A stretch of 64,000 nt of DNA from Phoronis australis (lineage: Eukaryota; Animalia; Phoronida): NCBI GenBank assembly GCA_002633005.1, contig NMRA01000248.1, positions 513,346 through 577,345 on the forward strand. The letters run 5' to 3'. Below, piece after piece: positions 1 through 12,500 of the stretch. The notes beneath the pieces are model-generated. The model was not told the origin of the DNA. It did no database searches and was given only the letters and a program-made list of their open reading frames with translations. The stretch's first letter is position 1. Each line of letters begins with the position of its first letter. Position numbers and translations under genes: made by a program.

Positions 1-445
1 GATAAATAGTTCTTACCGATCATATCAACGCGCTGGTTTAAAGCAGCACAATTATAAGCATGCTTCTTATTTCACTTTGCCTCACCTTGCCGAATTGAAA
101 TTGCTCATGTTATGTGACCATGCAAATAAGAAGAAACTTCATAATAACTTGAAAAATATACAAACAATAGAATTACAATTCAAACATATTAAAACAACTC
201 AAATGGCCTTAAAAGAAAATAAAACAGAGTGAGCACATGGTACGTGAAAAAAGTGTTAGTGCAAACGGTAACACGTTTATATTGTGTGTGAAAGTTAAAA
301 ATCTTCAATGCAGACGACCCTGAATCAAACATGGTTTACGCATGCAATGAACGAATGAACAGATAAAAAGTAGAAAACAAGAATTGGCATGAAAATGTCG
401 AAATGTCGAATGCGGTGATCTACGGTCGCGTAGTAATTAAAAAGA

Positions 446-520
446 CTACAAAAAGTTGGCATAAGTGTCAAACGACTGAATGAACTTCTCCGCCATATTG
501 TACAACGAAGTGTATTGGTC
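446..520 (-). CDS. RPTP last coding exon (D2 end and C-terminal tail)
   Basis: ttttcag acceptor, then [24 protein letters not shown]; TAG at 446-448. Confidence 0.9.
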   Translation of the reverse strand, partial: DQYTSLYNMAEKFIQSFDTYANFL

Positions 521-3500
521 CTGAAAAAACAAAATACACAGGCTGAAAACAAAGTGTGGGCACAACGAAGACGAAGGAAAACAATAGTAAATAGTCCAGA
601 AATTATTATTAGTACACTTGTAAGTTATTATTCCATTCCCAGCTGTGGATTAAGTAACGATTCCCCAATTCTAAAAACAGAAAAGAAATCTCACGTTTGA
701 ATCTTCAAGTTCTTTGGATTGGCACAGGCCAGTCAAAGTTTCTTCAGAGATCACGCGAGACCACGAAAAATCGTTGGAAAGAAAGACAAGTGCTTCGGTA
801 GTATGATCCAGACCCTATTAGCGTAAACTAGTTAAATGGCAACCACTTGAGTGATTGGTCCCTGAGATTGGATTGTTAAATAATGAATTCATTAACTATG
901 AAATTCACGGTTTCTGGTCCATAACAGAAGATGTCGCTGCCTGTGCAAAGTAATGTGAAGTATCTAAGGAATGCATCCTTGAACCAATCAAAGTTGGAGC
1001 CTCGACCACTCTCTGACAAGACACAGTCGAAACGTACTACGATGCACTGAAGTCACCGGCGGCCGGTTGTATGAAACAATCCCATATGGGGACTTTCCTA
1101 CGTTCCTGAACTATTCGCCGCATTTGCGGACTTGGAGAAAACACTTATTGAACTTTCCAATGCTATTTTGTCTTCATCACTATGTCAATTTTAACTTGAC
1201 ACACACCGAAAGTTAACTCTATTCATGTAATTTCCCCACTTTAAAGACATTTTAGTAAAAGAAGAGCTCATAATAAAGACAAAGCCGTAGTATTTATTAT
1301 AGTGACGTAGTGAAACATAGTATTTGTGGGTAAAAAAACACAGAAATGCACAGGAGATTTAGAAAAATATTAGCTGAGTGCCTACTTAGGACACTTTCCT
1401 GTAACAGAGCAAAAATGCTTTTAGAAAGTGACGTCATTAAACACTTGGTAATTTCTATAACACGGAGCAATAACACACAATCCATATCGGGAGGAACTTA
1501 CCAAGTTGGTAATAAATTGCCATCTGATGGCTCTGATGTTCTTCACAGTCTGGAATACGTCGACACCCTGTTCAACTTTGATCTTCTCAAACAGGTTGAA
1601 GAGAGCACACATGTATCCACTACGTGTACAACCGTCACTGAAATGAAGCACTTGTTTAGACTTTATAGACACCCTGACATTCCAACCTCTTCACAGTACC
1701 CCGGTTATACAATTTTACCATTTTACCTCGGCTTCAAGGTCTTGGATATTTTGAAAGCAAAGGCACCAATGTGAATCAAAATAAAAACTAATTTTAATTG
1801 GTCTTTTAAGATTAATATACAATAAAACAGCTACAAAACCGTCTTCTGTTACAAAAAGAAACTACGGTTCATGTCAGTATCTGACAGTTGTGAAACTCCT
1901 TATAAAACTGAAGGCGATTTCTGGTCTAAGGAAGTAATGACAATTCGTAATTGCTTCAGAAATGACACTAGGAGTTGCCTTGCCACAATAAGCGTCACTA
2001 ACTGGCAACATGTTCCGGAACAAAAACGAACTGTAAGTTCTTTACTAGCCTAGAACCACTTCCTATCTCAGTTTCGAAACAGCCGAGATCTGAAAAGGTG
2101 GTTTCTGTGAAGGAAGGAGTATAACTGCTTTCACGCATTTCTAGATCCAAAATATTCTGTTTATGAGTACAAAAGTGTAGTTACACACAAACAATATGAC
2201 AGTTGCGTTCTTCGCAGTTTGTTGCTACGCCAGTTCCACAATCACGTGTCTTAACCTGTTGGTCAGATGGAATCGGCGAAGTCAATCATGTGCAGGCGTT
2301 TCTATATCCAACATGATTAGTTTGAGAACTTACTATATTTACTTACAAACAATGTATTACGGCCGCGTTCTTCCCGGTTTTTCGCTGCGCCAGCTCCACA
2401 ATTTCAATAAGTTCAATAAGCGCACTTTGTAGGTCCGATGGTGGCACAGCCAATTTGTTTGGCCAGTCTCTCAATTGAAAATGTTTAATTTCCCGAACTT
2501 CGCTGTTTTTCTGGAAGAAACAACTCAAAATGTGACTATGGTTTTGCTGTTCAAGAAGATAAATACATTCTCAAGTATTATAAATATTAAGGCGGTGCGT
2601 TCTTAGTTTTCCATTGTGTTCTTAGTGCTGTTCGTACGACTGCATTTGGTCGGAACCCTTCCGTCTTAGTCATCGGATGTCGCCCGATTAGCAAGCCCGT
2701 TAACTTACGACACATTGTGAAGTTTATCTGGCATTAGGTTTATTATTCATGACAGTCTAGAGGCAAACATACACTCATTACTTCCTGAAAGGAAAAAAAG
2801 CTCACGGACAACAGTGATGCTGGACCATAAGACGTACGTTTTAAATAGAATGGAACATCAGGATTAAAGAGTCAAGATGTTAGTAGTGAGACCACTCAAA
2901 CGAATGACGCTAGTGGTATACCCTATATATATATAGGATAGACCGATTAATGAATTTGCAAGTGTGGCATTGTCTGGGCAATACCTTATTAAGTTTTCAA
3001 TTCAAGTCCTTTTTTCGAAGCTCATTTATTTGAGAAAAGCTCATTTCAAATGAGAAGGTGTTCGCAGTGAACAAGTACACTTACCTTCCTAGCGTCAGTC
3101 AAAACTAGAGTTCGCTGCTCGATAACTTTGCCGTGGTGATACCTTGACTCAACACATTTCACTTCATAGCGTCCAAAGCGCACAGACTCTTCGTCCGGCC
3201 AGTATTGGGGACAAGTCTAAAATAGAGAGTCAACAGCAGCTGAGAAATGAAGCTACCCGGATGTCTGAGTGAAGATATCAAAATTATTTGTTCTACCGAC
3301 AAATGAATGCATTCTGGAAACGCTGGTGGCAAGACTTCAAATCTCATTTTACCGATTGAAAAGGATACCAAGCCCTGTTTTTGGCCTACATGTATTAACA
3401 TATATTAAAAACAACTTGTCTAATCCAATTCTCTGGACCAAGGTAATGCTCTGTAACCCCCCCCCCCAACAACCCTCAAAAGGCTTGGCGACATTTTGAA

Positions 3501-6500
3501 TTGGTTGAAATCATAAAAACAAGGTTTAGTATCCTTCTAACAAAAACGAAATGTTCTGCATTCGCACCTTCTAGGAAATATCAAGTGCCTCGTAATCCTG
3601 TTTTTGTAAATGATGCTAACGACAAGACAACGATGAAAAAACAAGGGGCAAAGCACTTGAAATCTTACGTCATCGTTTTGGCTCGCGTCGCCCAGCATAA
3701 CGATCACATGACAATTGTGATCGTGAATCATCCGCCAGAAATCACAAACTGTGTCCGGTAACGGACTCTGCGTAACGATGAAGGCATCGCGTTCATTGTA
3801 TCCCTAAAAATGGACAAATCTGTAAAAATGACATAGCGACATACCAGTAACATTCAACACGCTATCTTCTGAAGTTTTTCCGTTTTGTTTTAAAGTGGAT
3901 CAAAATCGACTAAGACACGAAGATTCGCCAGCTTTAGACTTTCAGGAGTCTCAAAAATTCTCAACTGACAAACTATTACATTACACTTGAGGACTACTAT
4001 AGTCGAACGAAGGACTGTCTAATAAATGACAAAACATGGAATTTTAAGCAACTGGTTGTACACACATCGACTCAAATTTCCACATGATGAAAGAATGATG
4101 AAAACGTAAATGGCAAAAACGAAGTTGAGAGCAAATTACATTGGAAACAGTTACCTGCAGCTGTAACAACAAAACACGTGCATAGCAGAAGGAAAGGTGA
4201 CACAAGAGAGAATTCCGACAACTGATGAAACTACATTTAGAGTGGAACTTGAAGGGTAATGGTTTTTCTCTGTGATTGCTTGGCAAATTAGTTAGAAACA
4301 CAACATTTAGAGACGATGTAAATATGACGTAGGTTGAATGTTTTTAAGAACGAATTTTGTGGCGAAAGTGATCCGCCGTAAATCACTGCACCGTGTCCAG
4401 TAGGTATCGTGACGTGCTGGTGATGTGACACTGCACGCCAGCTATGTGAGGCCGCGAGGAACTTCACTAGTGCAAAGGTCAACTATTAGGAGATTTTTTC
4501 TTTTCATATTTACTAGTTGTCAATGATTACAGCTGACAAACGTTATCTAATTACTCTAGACCATTCTTGGCTACCAAAACAACCCTCTGTGATAAGTAAG
4601 GTAGTTCCTTAGCAACGACTAGTCATTTCTTTCCAACACCAGAATTCATCAGAGTTTTGCATATATGGAACAAATTGGAGATTGATTTCATAACTGTACG
4701 TGGTCTAAATTAAAAGTACGTTTTTGACAGGAGGTGGCGTATCAGTTCACTCACGTTCACAAACACTGCATTGATATAGTCATTTCCTCCATCATCTGCT
4801 GCCGTCATCAAGTAGGCACGAGAACTTCCAACTGAAAATAGAACCTTACATGAGTGCCTGACGAACGGCTTAATCTGACGTAGCTCTAAGACTAGGGTCC
4901 AGAAACAAACTTGAAAGTATGTTGGCCTATGTACACTAATGTCTAGCCTGTTTACACTGGCACTGAATGTAAAAAGTATTGGCCCAGATAGAAAAAAAAG
5001 GTTTTGATAGTCTAACAGAAGTAGGGAAACAGAGACTGCGTTTGGAGCTGAACTCCTTAGTCACCTAATGGTGGGTTGTAGGTGCTGCCCATCGTTCTGT
5101 GACCCGGAAGTAGTGAAGCGTCGTGTAGGATTAAACTGAAGCTCATTGGAGTCGATAAGGATATCGTCTTTAAACTTTATGGGGAACTGATTTTCTTCTT
5201 TAGCCGGGTTTGCCGTGATCACTGTATACACAATGTCTAGAGGCACCAAGCTGTTCGCATACTCCAGTCGGTTTGTCCAGTTTCCTATGTCCTTTGACTC
5301 TGGTACCTGGGAGTCGCTTGGTTTCTCCAGTCTACGTGACCAGGGGCTTCGAATTCCTCATACATACGACTTTATACTACTCTTTGGTCACAGAACGGCA
5401 GGAAACACGTCAAACAGTCATCTGTGAAAAAGGACTGTAGAGTGCAGTACGAAGCGTCCAAAGCAGCAGGTACGCAGTGTCTGAGTAAGTCAATTACTTT
5501 ACCTAATATTAGTCCTTCCAGCATTTGCACGACTGAGCCCATTACTTTTTTAGATAATGTCGGGCATAATCAAAAAGACGATGAATCGCTAGTCACATTT
5601 AACCAAATGATCCTACTCAGAGAGAATGAGGATAACGGCATTATTGCGAATCTCCGGGATTTGCACTAAGCACAGTACCCTTTAAAGATAACGGACGGGT
5701 ATATTGAAAAAGTGGGTAATAATCGATATTCATATTTAAACTAGGGAGGTGGGTCACCATCAACAAATCTTTTGAGAAGTCCGTTAATTTCACGTCAAAA
5801 TGTTAAAAGTCTTCATTTTGTACACATAAAAGGCAAAAATTCTAGACTCACGTGGTAGAATGTTTGAATCTCTATTCTTGGGGGCATTTTCTTTCAATTT
5901 CCCGGCTGCATACTCTTCAACGTCTGCGGCCAGACACAGGCGGTTAAGAGCCTACGATCACAAACACCAATAACAACAACAAAAATATGGACAAAAGCTG
6001 CAACAACGGCAGAAAAACAGCTACCAACAACCAACAGCCACGGCATTACTGCCAATACTAATTAATGTATATAAAATAACAAAATCACAGGCTTAAAAAG
6101 ATACTAAACCCTGTTTTGACAATTTCAACAAATTATCGCTCCGTCACGTACCAATACATCATTGGCGTTCGACTTGAATTATACAAGCCGGTAGAGTTTA
6201 TCTAAAAACTCATACTCTCCGTCAACTAGATATGATATTACGGTTGTCGGTGCGTGGACTTTTCCAGCAGTTGTCGAGTTATTCGCCAAGAACGCAGGTC
6301 ACGCTTGCTCGCTTAGTAGACTTGGCAAGAACTAAGAAGTTTTCAACTTATGCTCCAAAATTTTGAAAATTGTGGAGTGTTACAAGGCATTATTTGTTTC
6401 AGATAACTGAATGAGAAAGTCGCTTTTAATATCTGCCAAAATCTGGTTCGGTATCCCTTTTAACGCTGTTCTTCGCTTCCTTCACCTGGATGAAAAGGAA

Positions 6501-9500
6501 ATCAAATTAGGTCATTTATTCTCGGTCACATATTTATTCGTGATAGTATTCCCAACATCGAGACCATCAGCAACTCAAGAAAACGCGTCAGTTTTTATTG
6601 GGTTTAGCCAAACCTTAAACTTGCGAAATTCAAAATGACGTATAAAAGCATCGACTGTGGCTTGAGTTGACAATGGAAATGTCATGGAATATTACGAGAC
6701 CAACATTATGAGAGTAAATGGCCTAATTTGAGTTTTTTCTTCAGTTGGCGGAGCTTGACGAAATGTACCTTTGAAAGCAAACGAAAACAAAAACAAAAAC
6801 AAAAACAAAACACACATTTCGAAGGAAACATTCATGAGGTAATAAAAAAACTTTCGTTGGCTGGCCAACAAAACTTTGACAGCAATTGCTGAGTATCACG
6901 TGCAAGAGACAGAGTTTCCAGAGGGTACTTACGTCAAGCTCATTCTTCAAAGTTGTCTTGCTTGACATGATTTCTTGCAGACGAAACTGAAAGTCAGCTG
7001 TTGGGATGAAAGTGTCGCCCGTATGTAGCTTTTCTACCATTGCGGTATAGATGAACTTGTATTGGTCCTTAAAACAATAACACACAGTGCTTAAATCATA
7101 CGTGTCATTCAAATTGTAGTTCGAATCATATATTTATTCAGTTCCCTTCCGGAAATACTCGTCGCCATGGTAAATACCCAGCTTCATCAGTCATCAGACG
7201 TCACACCTCTTTCTCACTGGCTAAAAACCGCTAAAAGCGGCATGAATTTAGTACGCCTAAGATGGTTTCAAGCAGATGATTAAACTTTGGTTTTTGATTG
7301 ATTTTAAGAGTAAAACCTATACATATATGAAAAAGCTACAGTTTAAATGTTTGCTAACATGTAATTTGTTGGCTCACGCAAAATGCTCATAAAATCTCAA
7401 CCTGTTTCAGTTAGTATGAAGGATAACTGTTTTGGAAACATGGACTACAGTTTACGGACCAGGAGCAGTTATCCTATATTCTTTGGCAAAATCAAATGAA
7501 AAACACATTGCCTTTCCAAAAGAAAACAATGCTGATAAAAGTTTTGATCAATTGCAGTGGTTTTGTTTGAAACAGGAACCGCATTCCTTTCATTATACAT
7601 GTACACAATGCAGTGCACACACATTATTCAATTTCAAGTAAAATATTCGTACCAGCGTTTGCACCATGTTGACTCGCTGCTGGCGAAGTAGATCAAGTTG
7701 GCCTAGAATGTCAACAGCACCCTCCGCGTCTGCTTGATCGCACAGAATGTCCATCATGATGAAAGTACCAGTTCGACCCACGCCAGCACTGAACATGTGA
7801 AACGTGAAGTTTAGAACGCCGTGTCATTAGTGACATCAATTAGAGTGCTAGCCGATCGGACTGTTGGTTAAAAACTGAGAGTTCTATGTTGAGACTATGC
7901 TCAATAAGTTGTCTTAACCAGACTGTTTATGTAGAACTTGGTTTCACGCAAGAACGCAACTATCCGTCGTTTCCACGCACAGGAACCACAAAAGTGATAC
8001 AACGTACAACTTGCGAGTTGCAAGACACTAACCTCACCAACCACCCACTGGCAATGAGACTAGAGACTGTTGCGACATTATATTGTCGCACTCGACACAT
8101 GCTGTCACCTGGACCTCAATATACGTCACAGCAAGGCCCATTCCGTAATGAGCATCGTACTCGTGAGCGAACGCCAGTGACAGCACACGATTCATAACTA
8201 ATTCATGACAATCTCTCGTGAATACTCGCATAATCTCGCAAAACTCACAAGGATCATAACCTTACGAAGAACAGCTTACATGTAGTTTGANAAAATGTTA
8301 AAAGTCTTCATTTTGTACACATAAAAGGCAAAAATTCTAGACTCACGTGGTAGAATGTTTGAATCTCTATTCTTGGGCGCATTTTCTTTCAATTTCCCGG
8401 CTGCATACTCTTCAACGTCTGCGGCCAGACACAGGCGGTTTAGAGCCTACGATCACAAACACCAATAACAACAACAAAAATATGGACAAAAGCTGCAACA
8501 ACGGCAGAAAAACAGCTACCAACAACCAACAGCCACGGCATTACTGCCAATACTAATGAATGTATATAAAATAACAAAATCACAAGCTTAAAAAGATACT
8601 AAACCCTGTTTTGACAATTTCAACAAATTATCACATCATTGGTGTTCCACTTGAATTATACAAGCCGGTAGAGTTTATCTAAAAACTCATACTCTCCGTC
8701 AACTAGATATGATATTACGGTTGTCGGTGCGTGGACTTTTCCAGCAGTTGTCGAGTTATTCGCCTAGAGCGTAGGTCACGCTTGCTCGCTTAGTAGACTT
8801 GGCAAGAACTAAGAAGTTTTCAACTTATGCTCCAAAATTTTGAAAATTGTGGAGTGTTACAAGGCATTATTTGTTTCAGATAACTGAATGGGAAAGTCGC
8901 TTTTAATATCTGCCAAAATCTGGTTCGGTATCCCTTTTAACGCTGTTCTTCGCCCCGTTCACCTGGATAAAAAGGAAATCTAATTAGGTCATTTATTCTC
9001 GGTCACATGATATTTATTCGTGATAGTATTCCCAACATCGAGACCATCAGCAACTCAAGAAAACGCTTCAGTTTTTATTGGGTTTAGCCAAACCTTAAAC
9101 TTGCGAAATTCAAAATGACGTATATAAGCATCGACTGTGGCTTGAGTTGACAATGGAAATCTCATGGAATATTACGAGACCAACATTATGAGACTAAATG
9201 GCCTAATTTGAGTTTTTTCTTCAGTTGGCGTAGCTTGACGAAATGTACCTTTGAAAGCAAACGAAAACAAAAACAAAACACACATTTCGAAGGAAACATT
9301 CATGAGGTAATAAAAAAAACTTTCGTTGGCTGGCCAACAAAACTTTGACAGCAATTGCTGAGTATCACGTGCAAGAGACAGAGTTGCCAGAGGGTACTTA
9401 CGTCAAGCTCATTCTTCAAAGTTGTCTTGCTTGACATGATTTCTTGCAGACGTAACTGAAAGTCAGCTGTTGGGATGAAAGTGTCGCCCGTATGTAGCTT

Positions 9501-12500
9501 TTCTACCATTGCGGTATAGATGAACTTGTATTGGTCCTTAAAACAATAACATACAGTGCTTAAATCATACGTGTCATTCAAATCGGTGTTCGAATCATAC
9601 ATTTATTCAGTTCCCTTCCGGAAATACTCGTCGCCATGGTAAATACCCAGCTTCATCAGTCATCAGACGTCACACCTCTTTCTCACTGGCTAGAAACCAC
9701 TAAAAGCGGCATGAATTTAGTACGCGTAAGATGGTTTCAAGCAGATGATTAAACTTTGGTTTTTGATTGATTTTAAGAGTAAAACCTATACATATATGAA
9801 AAAGCTACAGTTTAAATGTTTGCTAACATGTAATTTGTTGACTCACGCAAAATGCTCATAAAATCTCAACCTGTTTCAGCTAGTATGAAGGATAACTGTT
9901 TTGGAAACATGGACTACAGTTTACGGACCAGGAGCAGTTATCCTATATTCTTTGGCAAAATCAAATGAAAAACACATTGCCTTTCCAAAAGAAAACAATG
10001 CTGATAAAACTTTTGATCAATTGCAGTGGTTTTGTTTGAAACAGGAACCGCATTCCTTTCATTATACATGTACACAATGCAGTGCACACACATTATTCAA
10101 TTTCAAGTAAAATATTCGTACCAGCGTTTGCACCATGTTGACTCGCTGCTGGCGAAGTAGATCAAGTTGGCCTAGAATGTCAACAGCACCCTCCGCCTCT
10201 GCTTGATCGCACAGAATGTCCATCATGATGAAAGTACCAGTTCGACCCACGCCAGCACTGAACATGTGAAACGTGAAGTTTAGAACGCCGTGTCATTAGT
10301 GACATCAATTAGAGTGCTAGCCGATCGGACTGTTGGTTAAAAACTGAGAGTTCTATGTTGAGACTATGCTCAATAAGTTGTCTTAACCAGACTGTTTATG
10401 TAGAACTTGGTTTCACGCAAGAACGCAACTATCCGTCGTTTCCACGCACAGGAACCACAAAAGTGATACAACGTACAACTTGCGAGTTGCAAGACACTAA
10501 CCTCACCAACCACCCACTGGCAATGAGACTAGAGACTGTTGCGACATTATATTGTCGCACTCGACACATGCTGTCACCTGGACCTCAATATACGTCACAG
10601 CAAGGCCCATTCCGTAATGAGCATCGTACTCGTGAGCGAACGCCAGTGACAGCACACGATTCATAACTAATTCATGACAATCTCTCGTGAATACTCGCAT
10701 AATCTCGCAAAACTCACAAGGATCATAACCTTACGAAGAACAGCTTACATGTAGTTTGAGAGCTGGATTGAATAGAAATGTATAGATGGCATTAAAGGAT
10801 TCGTTTGATAAGTAGGGAAATATTAGACAGAAAAAAGCTCATGTTTTAAAAACAACCATGGCGGCTTCGTGCGTTGTTTCAATTCAGTTACACTAAAAAT
10901 TGAACTATGATGTGCTCTGATTCTAAATTAATTGAGTGCAGCAGCTCATGAAGAATTACTTACCTGCAGTGAACCACGGTGGGCACGCCGTCATTATCTT
11001 CCCGGATGTGGTCTTTGACGATTTGGTAGAACTTCCACAGAGCTGAAGAACTGCTGGGCACTCCGTGGTCTGGCCAGGACGTGAAGTGGTACTGGGTCGT
11101 CTTAAGCGTCTGCTGCTTCCGATTAACCTTTCACACAAAATGCAATTTCGTCTTGGTTCGCAGTACACGGTTTTGGACATTTGAAAACCACTACGACTGA
11201 GGTCAATAAACACGAGGACGCTTAACTAAATGGATATTACTCTCTGCGTCACTGACGTCACCTTATATTAAACAAAAAAACCTCCTCTAAGAAATGAATG
11301 CATTGTCCAAAGCCTTTCCACTCTCTACCGGTAGGTGGATCCTTTTACTCGAATTGAGCAGCCATTTTCAATGGTCGTTGATTAGTCTACTTTTCTAAAG
11401 CCTTAGCCATGCTTACCGATGTAGCTGACATAGTAAGGAATTTTCAAAGATGCGAAAACGTTTTGAAATGTGACCATTGAAGAAGCACTATTTTGTTTCA
11501 AAAATACGTTTTAATTGGTCCGGTACTAGAAAATATCGATTTAAACAGCTAAACCAGGCGTCCTTCGATCAAACACACGTTATAGACATTGTTCAAACTT
11601 TGACTTTAACAGTTATCAGTCCTACCTTTGTTACTTCGAACTTTCTTATTGCAAAGTTGGCCCCCTGTTCTCTGTCGACAGCCGATACTGTGACGTCACC
11701 ATACTTTTCAACTTCCGTATTTTCTGGCCAGTAAACCTCACACTTGCGCTAGAAGTACATGTATATCGTAAGCCTAGCACGTACCTGTCGTCTTGAGCCT
11801 AACCTCATCTAAGGCGCCTTATGGTAGACATTTTCAATCAAACAGTTCATCAAAGCTGCTGTGAACATGTCTTCTGTCAGAAAAGATCATTTGCCCTTGC
11901 AAAATCGGTCTCAAATTGTTTTTATTGCGATTAGAAGTGATTTCTGGGATTGAAAGGAACAGAGAATGAGTTATACTGTAGATAGACTCTGGTGTAACCA
12001 TGAGGTGAGGAGGGGCAGAAAGCGGTCATGCTCACACTATTTATTGCAAGAAAGCCATTTTAACATTGCATTTACCTCCCCCTGCTCATTACAAAGTGCT
12101 CCCGGATTGACTCGTGCCTCCGATACCAATTACTTTCGGATTGAATATCTCTGGCAATGGCAGCAGATAGAAACTAGACCTAAGACGTTTCCATGACACG
12201 GAGGCATTTTATAGAGCGATGATGGCCACGAGAAACAACAAGATGTCGGTTCTTTTCAATGAGAGTAGGGACCTGATAGTGGTACACGATTTTTTGTGTA
12301 AAGATCCTGTCGTTTACGTCAGGTTGGAATGTGCTGACAAGGGCAGCAGTGCGATTTTCCAACTCCAAAAGTCGAATACAATTTCCGTTTGAAAAAGAGC
12401 ACGTCCGACTTCGCTCAAACTGTTGTTCCACTTGGGAAAAATCGTATAGGACAATAAGACCACTGTTTACATTTACCGTGCGTCGTAGACGATTTTGTGT

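Larger units (their letters stand above)
5797..10759. repeat. ~2.5 kb near-identical tandem duplication (5797-8290 and 8292-10759) joined by a single N
   Basis: Both copies start aaaatgttaaaagtcttc and end catgtagtttga. They differ by scattered SNPs and small indels. N at 8291. Confidence 0.95.

Noticed and set aside
1346-1774. Plus-strand 142-aa ORF, and similar antisense ORFs over exons
   Set aside because: Shadow ORFs of minus-strand exons with no recognisable motifs.
5797-10759. Genuine three-PTP-domain receptor through exon duplication
   Set aside because: The duplicated exons sum to 371 nt (frameshift) and the junction is an N; an artefact is more likely.
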